Of a DNA stretch of 64,000 bases, positions 1 to 13,749 are shown in pieces; within the stretch, counting starts at the first letter, position 1; every line of letters begins with the position of its first letter. The translations under genes and the position numbers were made by a program. Below the pieces are notes generated by a model. The model was not told the origin of the DNA. It saw nothing but the letters and a program-made list of their open reading frames with translations, and did not search any database. Origin of the DNA: Eledone cirrhosa (Eukaryota); assembly GCA_964016885.1 (NCBI GenBank), contig OZ024741.1, positions 2,356,001-2,420,000 on the forward strand, written 5' to 3'.

Positions 1-6
1 TACTGC

Positions 7-759
7 AACAACAACAAGGTAGTAGCTCCCTGGTAAACTGTCACACCTCCCTCCCAACAACAACAAGGTAGTGTCTCCCTGGTAAACTGTCACACCTCCC
101 TCCTAACAACAACAAGGTAGTGTCTCCCTGGTAAACTGTCACACCTCCCTCCTAACAACAACAAGGTAGTGTCTCCCTGGTAAACTGTCACACCTCCCTC
201 CTAACAACAACAAGGTAGTGTCTCCCTGGTAAACTGTCACACCTCCCTCCTAACAACAACAAGGTAGTAGCTCCCTGGTAAACTGTCACACCTCCCTCCT
301 AACAACAACAAGGTAGTAGCTCCCTGGTAAACTGTCACACCTCCCTCCCAACAAGGTAGTGTCTCCCTGGTAAACTGTCACACCTCCCTCCTAACAACAA
401 CAAGGTAGTGTCTCCCTGGTAAACTGTCACACCTCCCTCCTAACAACAACAAGGTAGTGTCTCCCTGGTAAACTGTCACACCTCCCTCCTAACAACAACA
501 AGGTAGTGTCTCCCTGGTAAACTGTCACACCTCCCTCCTAACAACAACAAGGTAGTAGCTCCCTGGTAAACTGTCACACCTCCCTCCTAACAAGGTAGTG
601 TCTCCCTGGTAAACTGTCACACCTCCCTCCTAACAACAACAAGGTAGTGTCTCCCTGGTAAACTGTCACACCTCCCTCCCAACAAGGTAGTGTCTCCCTG
701 GTAAACTGTCACACCTCCCTCCTAACAACAACAAGGTAGTGTCTCCCTGGTAAACTGTC
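7..759. repeat. 49-bp minisatellite (AACAACAACAAGGTAGTGTCTCCCTGGTAAACTGTCACACCTCCCTCCT), ~15-16 units, some 43-bp variants lacking AACAAC
   Basis: Head-to-tail units start at 7, 56, 105 and so on; no spacers. Confidence 0.95.
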
Positions 760-799
760 CTTACAGACACCTCCCTCCCTTTGTGGAGATTTATTAAAT

Positions 800-988
800 A
801 ATTGTTTCTACTTTAGGCACAAGGCCAGCCATACCCAATATATTACTGGTACTTTACTTTATCGACCCCGTAAGGATGAAAGGCAAAGATAACCTCGTCG
901 GAATTTGAACTCAGATCATAAAGGGACGTGACTCTATGCTTCAAAGCATGGTGTCCGACTCTCTACAGATACTGCCAATCCACCGTCC
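800..988 (-). mobile_element. tRNA-derived SINE, full length, 14-bp TSD ATTTATTAAATAAT (789-802 / 991-1004)
   Basis: Minus strand: A-box-like TGGCAGTATC, B-box GAGTTCAAATTC, central GCCTTTCATCCTTACGGGGTCGATAAA, 3' GTAGAAACAATT; multiple copies in the window. Confidence 0.9.
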
Positions 989-1039
989 TAATTTATTAAA
1001 TAATAGGAATAACGAATGATTGGAGAAGTGAGTCAGTGA

Positions 1040-2450
1040 CAGAGGTAGGTAGAGAGGTAGGTAGAGAGGTAGGTAGAGAGGTAGGTAGAGAGGTAGGTAG
1101 AGAGGTAGGTGGAGAGGTAGATAGAGAGGTAGGTAGAGAGGTAGGTAGAGAGGTAGGTAGAGAGGTAGGTAGAGAGGTAGGTAGAGAGGTAGTTAGAGAG
1201 GTAGTTAGAGAGGTAGGTAGAGAGGTAGGTAGAGAGGTAGGTGGAGAGGTAGGTAGAGAGGTAGGTAGAGAGGTAGGTAGAGAGGTAGGTAGAGAGGTAG
1301 GTAGAGAGGTAGGTGGAGAGGTAGATAGAGAGGTAGGTAGAGAGGTAGGTAGAGAGGTAGGTAGAGAGGTAGGTAGAGAGGTAGGTGGAGAGGTAGGTAG
1401 AGAGGTAGGTAGAGAGGTAGGTGGAGAGGTAGGTAGAGAGGTAGGTAGAGAGGTAGGTAGAGAGGTAGATAGAGAGGTAGGTAGAGAGGTAGGTAGAGAG
1501 GTAGGTAGAGAGGTAGGTGGAGAGGTAGATAGAGAGGTAGGTAGAGAGGTAGGTAGAGAGGTAGGTAGAGAGGTAGGTGGAGAGGTAGATAGAGAGGTAG
1601 GTAGAGAGGTAGGTAGAGAGGTGGTAGAGAGGTAGGTAGAGAGGTAGGTAGAGAGGTAGGTGGAGAGGTAGGTAGAGAGGTAGGTGGAGAGATAGGTAGA
1701 GAGGTAGGTAGAGTGGTAGGTGGAGAGGTAGGTGGAGAGGTAGATAGAGAGGTAGGTAGAGAGGTAGGTAGAGAGGTAGGTGGAGAGGTAGGTAGAGAGG
1801 TAGGTGGAGAGGTAGGTAGAGAGGTAGGTGGAGAGGTAGATAGAGAGGTAGGTAGAGAGGTAGGTGGAGAGGTAGGTAGAGAGGTAGGTAGAGAAGTAGA
1901 TCGAGAGGTAGGTGGAGAGGGAGATAGAGAGGTAGGTAGAGAGGTGGGTAGAGAGGTAGGTAGAGAGGTTGTAGAGAGGTAGGTAGAGAGGTAGGTAGAG
2001 AGGTAGGTAGAGAGGTAGGTGGAGAGGTAGATTGAGAGGTAGGTTAAGAGGTTGTAGAGAGGTAGGTGGAGAGGTAGATAGAGAGGTAGGTAGAGAGGTA
2101 GGTAGAGAGGTAGGTAGAGAGGTAGGTAGAGAGGTAGGTGGAGAGGTAGATTGAGAGGTAGGTTAAGAGGTTGTAGAGAGGTAGGTAGAGAGGTAGGTAG
2201 AGAGGTAGGTAGAGAGGTAGGTAGAGAGGTAGGTAGAGAGGTAGGTAGGTGGAGAGGTAGGTAGAGAGGTAGGTAGAGAGGTAGGTAGAGAGGTAGGTGG
2301 AGAGGTAGATAGAGAGGTAGGTAGAGAGGGAGATAGAGAGGTAGGTAGAGAGGTGGGTAGAGAGGTAGGTAGAGAGGTAGATTGAGAGGTAGGTTAAGAG
2401 GTTGTAGAGAGGTAGGTAGAGAGGTAGGTAGATTGAGAGGTAGGTAGAGA
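1040..2450. repeat. 12-bp purine-rich minisatellite (AGAGAGGTAGGT)n grading into (GATA)n/(GA)n by ~2610
   Basis: Direct reading; source of the REVG and LPLY ORFs. Confidence 0.95.
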
Positions 2451-2634
2451 GATAGATAGATAGATAGAGATGTAGAGAGGTAGATAGATAGATAGAGAGG
2501 GGGAGATACAGAGAGAGAGAGGGAGATAGATAGATAGATAGAGAGAGGGAGAGAGATCGACAAATAGATAGAGAGAGTGAGAGAGGGAGACAGATAGATA
2601 GAGAGTGATTGTGAGAAGAAAGTGCATACGACGA

Positions 2635-3005
2635 GTGTGTATATGTGTGTAAGTATGTGTTTGTGTAAGTATAAGTATGTGTAAGCATGTGTAAGTATAT
2701 GTATGTGTAAGTATATGTTTGTATAAGTATATATAAGTATGTATGTGTAAGTGTATATATATATATGTATATATAAGTGTATATATATGTGTATGTGTAA
2801 GTGTATATATATGCATGTCAATGTATATATATATATATGTATATGTCAATGTATATATATATGTGTATAAGTGTATATATATATGTATGTGTAAGTGTAT
2901 ATATATATGTATATGTCAGTGTACATATATATATTGTGTAAGTGTATATATATGTGTGTAAGTGTATATATGTATATGTCAGTGTATATATGTATGCATA
3001 TGGGA

Positions 3006-3041
<36 letters not shown>

Positions 3042-3731
3042 GTATATGTAAGTGTATGAATGTGTAAGTGTATATATATATATGAATGTGTAAGTGTATA
3101 TATGTATATGTTGGTATATATGTAAGTGTATGAATGTGTAAGTGTATATATATATATGAATGTGTAAGTGTATATATGTATATGTTGGTATATATGTATA
3201 TGTAAGTGTATATATGTATGTGTAAGTGTATATATCTATGTGTATGCCAGTGTATTTATATTTATATGTCACTGTATATATATGTGTGAGTGTATATATA
3301 TGTATGTGTAAGTGTATATAGATATATGTATATGCTAGTGTATATATATATATATGTGTGTAAGTGTATATATATATATATATATATATGTATATGTCAG
3401 TGTATATATATACATGTATATGTAAGTGTGTATATATAGGTGTAAGTGTATATATATATATGTACATGCCAGTGTATATATATGTATATGTAAGTGTATA
3501 TATATATATGTAAGTGTATATATATGTGTGTAAGTGTATATATGTGTGTGTAAGTGTATATATGTATGTCAGTATATATGTATGGATATGTAAGTGTATT
3601 TATATATGTGTAAGTGTATATATATATGTATTTGTCAGTGTATATATATATGTATATGTCTGTGTATATATATATATGTCAGTGTATATATATATATCTC
3701 AGTGTATATATATATATATATGTCTATGTCA

Positions 3732-3782
<51 letters not shown>

Positions 3783-3827
3783 AGTGTATATATATATATG
3801 TCAGTGTATATATATATGTATATATGT

Positions 3828-3910
<83 letters not shown>

Positions 3911-3915
3911 AGTAT
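2635..3915. repeat. Complex (TA)n/(TG)n tract with recurrent TAAGTG/TCAGTG interruptions
   Basis: Direct reading. Confidence 0.9.
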
Positions 3916-3965
3916 AGGTCTCCGTAGGTACATGTGGTGGTGTAACAACTAATACATAAATATTT

Positions 3966-4137
3966 TCGGTAGAGAGTCGGATACCATGCTTTGAAGCATA
4001 GAGTCACGTCCCTTTATGATCTGAGTTCAAATCCCGCCGAGGTTAACTTTGCCTTTCATCCTTACGGGGTCGATAAAATAAAGTACCAGTAATACACTGG
4101 GTATTTGCTGGCCTTGTGCCTAAAGTAGTAACAATTA
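3966..4137 (+). mobile_element. tRNA-derived SINE, slightly 5'-truncated
   Basis: Near-identical reverse complement of 800-988; B-box GAGTTCAAATCC at ~4023. Confidence 0.9.
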
Positions 4138-4237
4138 TTTCATTAATCATGTAAAGATGATGATTAAAGAGATTTTAAGGTAGAATTCTCTTCTACTTTT
4201 TATTCCATATTTTGTCTTACATTATACCCCCCCCCCC

Positions 4238-4316
4238 ACTACTACTACTATTGCTACGACTACTATTACTAATACTAATACTACTACTACTGCTACTACT
4301 GCTGCTACTACTACTG

Positions 4317-4369
<53 letters not shown>

Positions 4370-4371
4370 GT

Positions 4372-4405
<34 letters not shown>

Positions 4406-4467
4406 GCTGCTGCTGCTACTACTACTACTACTACTACTGCTGCTACTACTGCTACTGCTACTACTAT

Positions 4468-4495
<28 letters not shown>
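4238..4495. repeat. (CTA)n microsatellite followed by a (TC)n(TA)n(TG)n compound tract
   Basis: Direct reading. Confidence 0.95.
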
Positions 4496-4498
<3 letters not shown>

Positions 4499-4510
4499 TG
4501 GACCTTAATT

Positions 4511-4604
<94 letters not shown>

Positions 4605-4827
4605 CGTATGTGCGTGTATGTGTGTGTTTTCGGGTAGCGTATATATATATATATGATGGCTGCAACTTGATTTCGAGTAATACCAACGCTTGATACATCA
4701 GCCACACGGACGTGGGTCTTTAGTCCTGCCAGGCTGTTGTGGCCAGCAATACCAGTAATATATAATTAACTTTATATATATATACATATATATAAAGTTA
4801 AGAATTTAAGAAATTATAGAAATGGCT

Positions 4828-4935
4828 TGGTCCTGTAGAAGCGATTTCTATATTATTATTTTTTATATACTCTACTAATGTATTGCGTACCTTACTTACT
4901 GAGGTTACCCTGGATTGAACCCGGGACTCACATAT
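4828..4935 (+). mobile_element. 3'-end fragment of PLE-like family B
   Basis: GTCCTGTAGAAGC...GTATTGCGTACCTTACTTACTG...GAACCCGGGA matches 11090-11188, 19960-20055 and 59355-59452. Confidence 0.7.
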
Positions 4936-5572
4936 CTATATACTATATATATATCTTGCTCCCCCATTCCTATATATTTCAATTTTTGCCTGATTAGAAT
5001 CCTCCTCGTCATCAAAACTACAAATGCCACAATTACTATCATCATGATCATGATCATCATCATCATCATCATCATCATCACCACCACCACCATCATCATC
5101 ATCATCAGCTCCCCTTTCTTCAAATCGTTAAATATAAGAGACCCGTTAAATATTAGGGTCTCGTGACACAAACATTTGTAATTAACATGTAAATGTTTTT
5201 AACTCTATTGGGATAATAAGGTAATGAAAATAGAACCAAATAACAACAAAGATATATAGAAAACTTAAAGAAAGAGTCATACACACATTTTATATTAATT
5301 CAATTTTATTTAACTCGGGACTGTGGATATAAATTAGAAAATTTAGTATTTTTATATTTTCTTTTTATATCCTAAAGATTTGTTGAATTTATTTCGTTCA
5401 TTTGGAAATTAAACAAAACATCGTTACTTCGATGAAGCTCTATCGAGTTTTCATTTACGTTGAATTCCTTATAATTCCTGTCTTCACAAATTTGATTGAT
5501 TCTTGATTATAGAAAATAAATTTACCACGTTTGTTATTAATATATATATATATGTTGTTATTTCTGGTTACC

Positions 5573-5626
<54 letters not shown>

Positions 5627-5629
<3 letters not shown>

Positions 5630-6053
5630 CGATATTAACAAATGGAAACTATATTTATAAAACCATATTTATTTCATTATACATATTTAAGGACACCAAG
5701 TTAAATTATGGTGTGCTTTCATCCGATAAAATATAATATAGAGCAGTTTTATAAATAAATATTGACATACCCTTAAAGAATGCAACCATTACTGTTGAGT
5801 AATGGTTGCATTCTTTAAGGGTATGTCAATATTTATTTATAAAACTGGTCTATATTATATTTTATCTGATGAAAGCACACCATAATTTAACTTGGTGTCC
5901 TTGAAATATGTATAATGAAATAAATATGGTTTTATAAATATAGTTTCCATTTGTTAATATCGTATTTTTACTCCAATTAATTGTTGAGTGCTTTATATCA
6001 GTTTCTCAAAATATTTGCTTGTTGCATCCCAACAATTTAAATAGAACTTTTAC

Positions 6054-6054
<1 letters not shown>
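5627..6054. mobile_element. PLE-like family A fold-back: ~167-bp inverted arms (5627-5793 / 5798-5965, loop GTTG) plus ~90-bp tail, between (TA)n tracts
   Basis: Arms read as near-perfect reverse complements; HHR motif in the arm. Confidence 0.85.
5858..5922 (+). ncRNA. Minimal hammerhead ribozyme, family A
   Basis: TATTTTAT-CTGATGA-AAGCACACCA(loop)TGGTGTCCTT-GAAA-TATGT-ATA-ATGAAATA; stems I, II and III can be drawn. Confidence 0.7.
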
Positions 6055-6132
<78 letters not shown>

Positions 6133-7204
6133 CAGTATATATATATATATTTATCCAGGTCTGCCATCTTTGAATCATGAATTGAGGAAAAACATTGCCC
6201 TCATTATTCTCAACCAGATTGCAACAAATACGATATAAACAAGACTCAACCTTATGTCGTCGATTAATCTGCCGGAAATAACAGACACCTTTCTCTGAAA
6301 TAACACCATATAGTCTTAAAAGGAAATTAAAGGAGACGATTGAAAAAATCATCTTATATACCCATGTGTAGTAGAAGGTCAATTTGGATAATATAATAAT
6401 AGATACATTATTGGATGGCTAACATCTGAAGCTGAACAACAACCAATACTAACAGATGTGACAATCGTCATTACAATCATTTTATCCAGAATATAATATC
6501 ACGAATACATTGAAACATTGATTGTTAAAATATATTTCTATACCAGCTTGAGAGAGTCGATTGTCTAACTGTTCGCGATGAGAAGTTTCCAGTAAAAAGT
6601 AATAATGGGAATCAGAGTAAATTGTAAAATTCTGGATTTCTAGGAACCAACAAAAGCATTGCTTAACCTATAAAATTTCTTTAATTGAATTATCTAATCC
6701 ATTTATTTTTGTTTCACAGTTTCAAAATGACTTCACTCATTATCACAGTACTTAAATAATTACATTAACATATTAAAATGATATAATAAATTAATATAGT
6801 ATAAACCTTTGTCGATTCTATATGACTTTCTTTTAAAAGTAATGGTATCATGTTGTAAGATATTGTCTCCCAACTCTACATGTCATCAGATTACTGTAAT
6901 ACTTTTATCACGATATATCACTGTGTGATAGTGAAATAAACAATACCAAGATACTGTAATTGTCAGGATTTGATGATTTTTCCCGGGTATACTAAGACAT
7001 ATCAAAATGCTACAACAGGAAGCAGTTAAAGTGGAAATACTCTCCTTTTCTACACTATGTTGTAATAATATATACGCCATTTTGGTCATCCAAATCCCAA
7101 ATCACATCATGTGAAAAATATGTTAAAAAATCTAATGCTACTTTCTATTGGAACATCAGTTATTTGTAGATATATTCTATACAAACATGAATGTATATAT
7201 ATAT

Positions 7205-7535
7205 CTGAGTGAGTTTCTTGGTCGGTGTCCAAGTCTCAGACCCATACAGCAGCACAGACTCCACTACAGCAATGAAGAGGCGGATCTTCAGCTCTTCACG
7301 AGGGTCCGGCTTCCACACCGATCTCAAACTGTGGCACGCCGCCCAGGCTTTGCTCTTCCTCTCAACCACATCATCTTCCGTATTCCCCTGCATGGACACA
7401 CTGGAAGAAGAAGACCAAGGTTAACGTATGTTGATGCCCTCAGAACAGACACTGTTGGAGACGTAGGACATGGCAGCGATAATGAGGGACAGAGACCGCT
7501 GGAGAGAACTCGTCCATGGATCTCGGGAATTTTAC
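7205..7535. mobile_element. RTE-clade LINE 3' fragment with a 5' inversion
   Basis: Minus 7205-7390 encodes LKIRLFIAVVESVLLYGSETWT (RTE post-RT motif); plus ~7390-7520 encodes HGHTGRRRPRLTYVDALRTDT (RTE C-terminal GRP motif). Confidence 0.75.
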
Positions 7536-7541
7536 CCGCCC

Positions 7542-7565
<24 letters not shown>

Positions 7566-7574
<9 letters not shown>

Positions 7575-7990
7575 TGAGTTATTTCGTTTGTTGATTATTC
7601 AACAAAGTTAATTTACAACAGATTAAAAGCGCTCAACGGTACTTTTCTGGAGTATCATTAATATCAATAATATTAATAAATGGAAGCTATCTTTATAAAA
7701 CCATATTTATTTTATTATCCGTATTTCAAGGGTACTAATATTTTAGTACGCTTAGTGCTTTTCAGTCTGAACGTTATCCTCATTAGCATATTTCCCCTGA
7801 ATTTTGAAAAATTATATTAACTATCTTCAACGAACTTATAACATGAAGTTCACATGAAGATATGTCACTATCTTTACACCAATTATTGTATTTTATCTGA
7901 CGAAAGCGTACTAAGATATTAGTACTCCTGAAATACGTATAATAAAATAAATATGCTTTTATAAAGATATTTTCCATTTATTAATATTAT
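7566..7990. mobile_element. PLE-like family A, diverged fold-back with ~110-bp spacer; HHR on + at ~7889-7949
   Basis: TATTTTAT-CTGACGA-AAGCGTACTA..TAGTACTCCT-GAAA-TACGT-ATA-ATAAAATA; inverted copy at ~7665-7770. Confidence 0.75.
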
Positions 7991-8210
7991 ATATATATAT
8001 ATATATACACGCGCGTGTGTGCGTACCTGTGGGTGTAGAGTTTAAAGTTAATGGGGTTCTTTATATAATACATTTAAATAAAAACAGATATTTACTGATA
8101 GGGAGGACTTAACACTGGTAGTAGAGTCAATTTTATTATAGATCTTCTGATGCGGAAACTAGGAGTCCATGTCATATATATATATACACCCAGTTGGTGA
8201 GTAATAATAT

Positions 8211-8392
8211 ATTGTTTCTACTTTTGGCACAAGGCCAGCAATTATCACAGTGTATTACTGGTACTTTATTTAATCGACCACGTAAGGATGAAAGGCAAAG
8301 TTAACTTCGGCGGGATTTGAACTCAGAATGGCAAGGGCCGTAACTCTATGTTTGGCGTCCGACCCTTTACCGATACTGCCAATCCACTCCCC
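8211..8392 (-). mobile_element. tRNA-derived SINE with ~21-bp TSD GTTGGTGAGTA(A/G)TAATATATT (8193-8213 / 8394-8414)
   Basis: Homology to the other copies; TSD read directly. Confidence 0.9.
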
Positions 8393-8547
8393 TGTTGGTG
8401 AGTAGTAATATATTACTATAGATGGCATCTGTTTGAGAAATCTATGCCTTTACGTGAATTAGATATTCAGTGTTTAAAGTTTTATTATCAATGACACCTA
8501 TTTGATATGTATTGTATTGAAATTAAGAAAGAAAGACCGAAGATTCA

Positions 8548-8690
8548 GTTTAACATTTTATTTGTAATCACGCGTAACATGTGTTCCTCACATGGCCTAC
8601 TTGGGGCCTTAATCAATTAAAATCAGCTTCGACGCCGGTCATTTGCGAAACACCTTTTACGAGTGATTATGGAAAAAGTATGTTAAACTA
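8548..8690. repeat. Old degenerate inverted repeat, probably a decayed PLE-type fold-back
   Basis: AGTTTAACAT...TAATCACGCGTAACATGTGTT pairs with AACACCTTTTACGAGTGATTA...ATGTTAAACT; (TA)n follows. Confidence 0.5.
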
Positions 8691-8705
8691 AAATTTTGAT
8701 CTCTC

Positions 8706-8757
<52 letters not shown>

Positions 8758-9020
8758 ACAGGGAGAAAGAGACGATTATTAGGAAGAAAAATATTTTCTT
8801 TTCCTTTTTTGTTTCTCTCTTTCTCTTTTCTGGGTTAGAAAATGATTAAAACGAAATGTTTTACTTTGTGTGAAGTGTTGAGGTATTAGTTGATTTATTT
8901 ATTATTTAACGATGGCATTTATTTGTCTATTTATATATTTAATTATTGTCTATTACCGGTTTCAGCATTTTTATGCATTATCAAATGATAGTGAAATGTA
9001 TTAGTGTGGTGTCGAACATG

Positions 9021-9065
<45 letters not shown>

Positions 9066-9489
9066 GAATATATATATGAAGAATATGGATGGTCGTGCAC
9101 CCAACAGGCTTATAAATTCCTGGTTTTGTGCTAAATCGATAGAACTAATATTATCTCGAGTAGATCGTTTACTGTATTAAATGTTTTAGTTCGGATTTCA
9201 AATCACACATTTTATATTTTCATTCGTCATTCATCTGAAATAACTACCTGTCATGCCACCAGATCTATTGAACATTTATAATCACCACTCCTAGCATATA
9301 ATCGATCATTATGCTGATGATCGATAAGTTGGGTGACGTACAACCCCCTGGCTGATCAAACAACATGATTGCCATTGTAGTTAACCCCTCAAATCTAATT
9401 TGATTCACGATTATATAATGAGAAACGCATGAATGCCACAACTTCTTATATATCTTAATATATACATGTGAAACATTGTATATAACAAA

Positions 9490-10923
9490 TCATCAGCAAC
9501 AACATCAACAACCACAACACACTTCCACCAACAACACCAACACCACCAACACCACCAACAGTACCAACACCTCCACCACTACCAACAACACCACCACCAC
9601 CACCAACACCACCAACACCACTAACACCAACACCAACACCAACAGTAGCAACACCTCCACCACTACCAACAACAATACCACCAACACCAACACCACCAAC
9701 ACCACCAACACCACCAACACCAACACACCTCCACCAACACCACCAACACCACCAACACCACCAATACCACCACTACCAACAACACCACCACCAACAACAA
9801 CAACAACAACATCACCACCAACAACACCACCACCACCAACACCACCACCAGCAACACCACCACCACCAACAGCACCACCACCAACACCACCAACACCAAC
9901 ACCACCACCAACAACAACATCACCACCAACAACACTAACAACAACATCACCATCAACACCACCAACGCCACCACCACCACCAACACCAACACCAATACCA
10001 ACACCACCACCAACAACAACAACAATACCAACACCACCAACACCACCAACAACAGCATCACCACCAACACCAACAGCACAACCAACACCACCAACACCAA
10101 CACCTCCACCAACACCACCACCACCAACAACAACATCACCACCAACACCACCAACACCAACACCACCACCACCAACACCACCACCACCAACAACAACAAC
10201 ACCACCACCACCAACACCACCACCAACAACAACATCACCACCAACACCACCGACACCACCACCAACACCAACACCAATACCACCACCAAGAAAAAAAACA
10301 CCACCAACACCCAACACCACCAACACCACCAACACCACCACCAACAACAACATAACCACCAACAACACCACCACCACCAACACCACCACCACCAACAACA
10401 ACAACAACAACACCACCAACACCACCACCAACACCAACACTACCACCACCAACACCACCAACAACAACATCCCCACCAACACCACCACCACCAACACCAC
10501 CACCACCAACACCACCACCAACACCAACACCACCAACACCACCACCAACAACAACAACACCACTAACACCACCAACACCAACACCACCACCAACACCACC
10601 AACAACAACACCACCAACAACATCAGCACCAACACCACAAACACCAACACCACCAACACCACCACCACCAACAACAACACCACCACCACCAACACCATCA
10701 CCATCACCATCACCACCACCAACACCAACACCAACACCACCAACACCACCACCAACACCACCACCACCAACACCAACACCAACACCAACACCAACACCAA
10801 CACCACCAACAACAACACCACCAACAACATCAGCACCAACACCACAAACACCAACACCACCAACACCACCACCACCAACAACAACACCACCACCACCAAC
10901 ACATCACCGTCACCACCAACAAC

Positions 10924-10955
<32 letters not shown>

Positions 10956-10957
10956 CA
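9490..10957. repeat. (CAC/CAA)n cryptic triplet microsatellite
   Basis: Direct reading; source of the T/N/P-rich ORF. Confidence 0.95.
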
Positions 10958-10997
10958 GGAGGCCAAATATGTTGAATTTCATTAATTTTTAATATAT

Positions 10998-11188
10998 AAT
11001 ATAGAAACGCTTCTACAGGACTAGAACTGTTTCATTCGTGAGAAATCATCACGAAGCCCTGGTGATTTCTCACGAATGAAACAGTTCTAGTCCTGTAGAA
11101 GCTCTTCTATATTAAAACTGTTATACTCTGCTATGTATTGAGTACCTTATTTACTGTGGTTACCTCCGATTCAACCCGGAATAACTTA
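10998..11188. mobile_element. PLE-like family B fold-back (~55-bp arms plus ~75-bp tail) ending in (TA)n
   Basis: ATAGAA..CTTCTACAGGACTAGAACTGTTTCATTCGTGAGAAATCA / TGATTTCTCACGAATGAAACAGTTCTAGTCCTGTAGAAG..TTCTAT. Confidence 0.8.
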
Positions 11189-11607
11189 TATATATATATA
11201 TATGGATTGGGTGGTTATCAGTTTAGAATTGTAAGACCATTGAGCAGCTTAGTACTCAATATTTAAGAAAGTAGTGTCGGTGTTTTGTATGAAACAAGCC
11301 ATTTTGAAATATATTTTTCGTCATCATCCTAATGTCATCATGATTATTTTTATTATCATCTGGTTCATCGTTGTTATAAATATGATTAGATATCTAATAT
11401 TGAATCTGGAACAATATTACTTTTATTCTGCTGATGTCTCCACTGTTTTGTTGAATTAATGAACAACCGTTTGTTAGAAACTCGCGGGTGTCAAACTAAA
11501 TAATTGACACTTACGACTTTCTAATATTCGGGTATTCACACATGCACCAATAACGTAATATATACCCCCCCCCCCACACACACACGCGCACACACACACA
11601 CACACAC

Positions 11608-11708
<101 letters not shown>

Positions 11709-11709
11709 G

Positions 11710-11766
<57 letters not shown>

Positions 11767-12046
11767 AAAGTAAGTCCATAGGATCATTTGATAAAATATA
11801 TACAGTATTTCTCCTCCCAATTAGCATAATCAACCATATAAAAAATTAATTAAACGAGGCTATAAGTTTAAAATGTATCTATGAAGAAACAATAGATAAA
11901 TAAATGATAGCTATTTTATCCGCGATCCACAGCCACAGAAGATTTACCTAGTATTTCTAATAGCCCGTAGAAATTGACTAGACACAGCTAACCATACACA
12001 ATTAGGTACGAAAACAAAGTTAGAAGAAAAAATGTACATAAACATG

Positions 12047-12110
<64 letters not shown>

Positions 12111-12114
<4 letters not shown>

Positions 12115-12370
12115 AAAGTTCTATTTAAATTGTTGGGATACAACAAGCAAATATTTTTATAACTTATATAAAGCATTCGACAAGTATTTGATGTCTTCCA
12201 AAAGTATCGGTTGCATTTTGAAAGGGTACGTCAATGTTTATTTATAAAACTGGTATATATTGTATTTTGTCTGATGAAGGCATACCTTAATTTAACTTGG
12301 TATCCTTGAAATATATATAATGAAATAAATATGGTTTTATAAATATAGTTTCCATTTGTTAATATCGTAT
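12111..12370. mobile_element. PLE-like family A: 3' tail inverted (12111-12184, minus) joined to an HHR-bearing arm (+, HHR ~12263-12327)
   Basis: 12111-12184 is the reverse complement of ~5980-6054; 12200-12370 matches 5800-5965. Confidence 0.8.
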
Positions 12371-13055
12371 ATATATATATATATATATATATATTTAACC
12401 TGTCTGTATTTTTCATTGCTGTAGTATTAATATGTCAACATACCTCAGGTCGTATTTCACGTTGTGTCACTAATACCTAACTTATTGCGATTACTTTGAA
12501 GAGTAATTTGTTGATTACTCTCTCATTGAGTGCTTTGTGACAGCCTTCAAAATCGATTGCGAATCTGCTGATCAATGAAAGAATTGTTAATACTGTAAAT
12601 AAAATCCTTTTTGTACAGCCGACCATGTTATTCTTCACTCTTTCACTATATGTATATAGTGAAATATTTATACATAAAGAAAGCTATTGTTATATACATA
12701 TGCATATATACATATGTACATATATCACATTATATTCTACTATATTATGTAATCCAATCTGATTGGCTCCAATGATATCCAATCATATTTAACAGTCATG
12801 TGACACAGTCATGTGATACAGTCATGGGAGTTGAAATATTTAAACAGGCTATCACAAAACTTCATTTCTGCTCTAAAGAAATCTTGACGCGTACCTTTCC
12901 GTTTACATAAATACACACATACACATACACACACATTCACACGTACACATACACACAATCACACACACAAACACACACATTCACACGTACACATACACAC
13001 AATCACACACACAAACACGCAATCACACACACATACACATAAACACTGACACACG

Positions 13056-13131
<76 letters not shown>

Positions 13132-13231
13132 TGTGTGTGTGCGTGTGTGTGTGTGTGTGTGCTTGTGAGTGTGTGTGTGCAGGGATGTCTGTGAAGTTTT
13201 GAATCAATATAAAGGTGAAAGTTATGGTATG

Positions 13232-13320
<89 letters not shown>

Positions 13321-13375
13321 GTATATATGTATATATATATATGTATATATATATATGTATATATGTATATATATA

Positions 13376-13412
<37 letters not shown>

Positions 13413-13415
<3 letters not shown>

Positions 13416-13610
13416 ACGAAGGAAATGTGGTAAGGAACCAGATGGACCATAACGCGCCAAAGTACTCAATACTTAGAGTAGTAGAGTGGGTAATAGGAAC
13501 AAGTATAAGCCCGACGGCAGAGCTCAAGCCGTTTCGACGGCTAATTCTGAGTCCAGAATTAGCCGTCGAAACGGCTTGAGCTCTGCCGTCGGAGTCATAC
13601 TTGTTCCTAT
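13413..13610. mobile_element. PLE-like family C fold-back in (TA)n
   Basis: ~57-bp arms around 13550-13553 plus ~80-bp tail on the left; GAAACGGC..GCCGTC HHR 3' half. Confidence 0.85.
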
Positions 13611-13616
13611 ATATAT

Positions 13617-13652
<36 letters not shown>

Positions 13653-13749
13653 GTGTATATATATGTATATATGTATATATGTTTATATATATATACATAT
13701 ATACATATATATATACATATATATATACATATATATATATATAGATAAA

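Noticed and set aside
7-759. CRISPR-like array
   Set aside because: Units are head-to-tail with no unique spacers; no cas genes; eukaryotic context.
895-988. tRNA gene (also the other SINE heads)
   Set aside because: A and B boxes are present but are joined to a SINE body, tail and TSD; no full cloverleaf evident.
1036-3952. REVG, LPLY and YIYI ORFs as genes (also the other IY/CV/HT ORFs across the window)
   Set aside because: Translations of 12-bp and dinucleotide repeats that lack stops by composition.
5627-6054. Hairpins as MITEs or pre-miRNAs
   Set aside because: Ends are asymmetric (tail on one arm), apexes vary between copies, solo arms occur, and the arms carry HHR motifs and in two families run into PLE coding sequence.
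9476-10975. Mucin- or extensin-like T/P/N protein
   Set aside because: CAC/CAA triplet repeat open in several frames, with register shifts and no signal peptide or unique domain.
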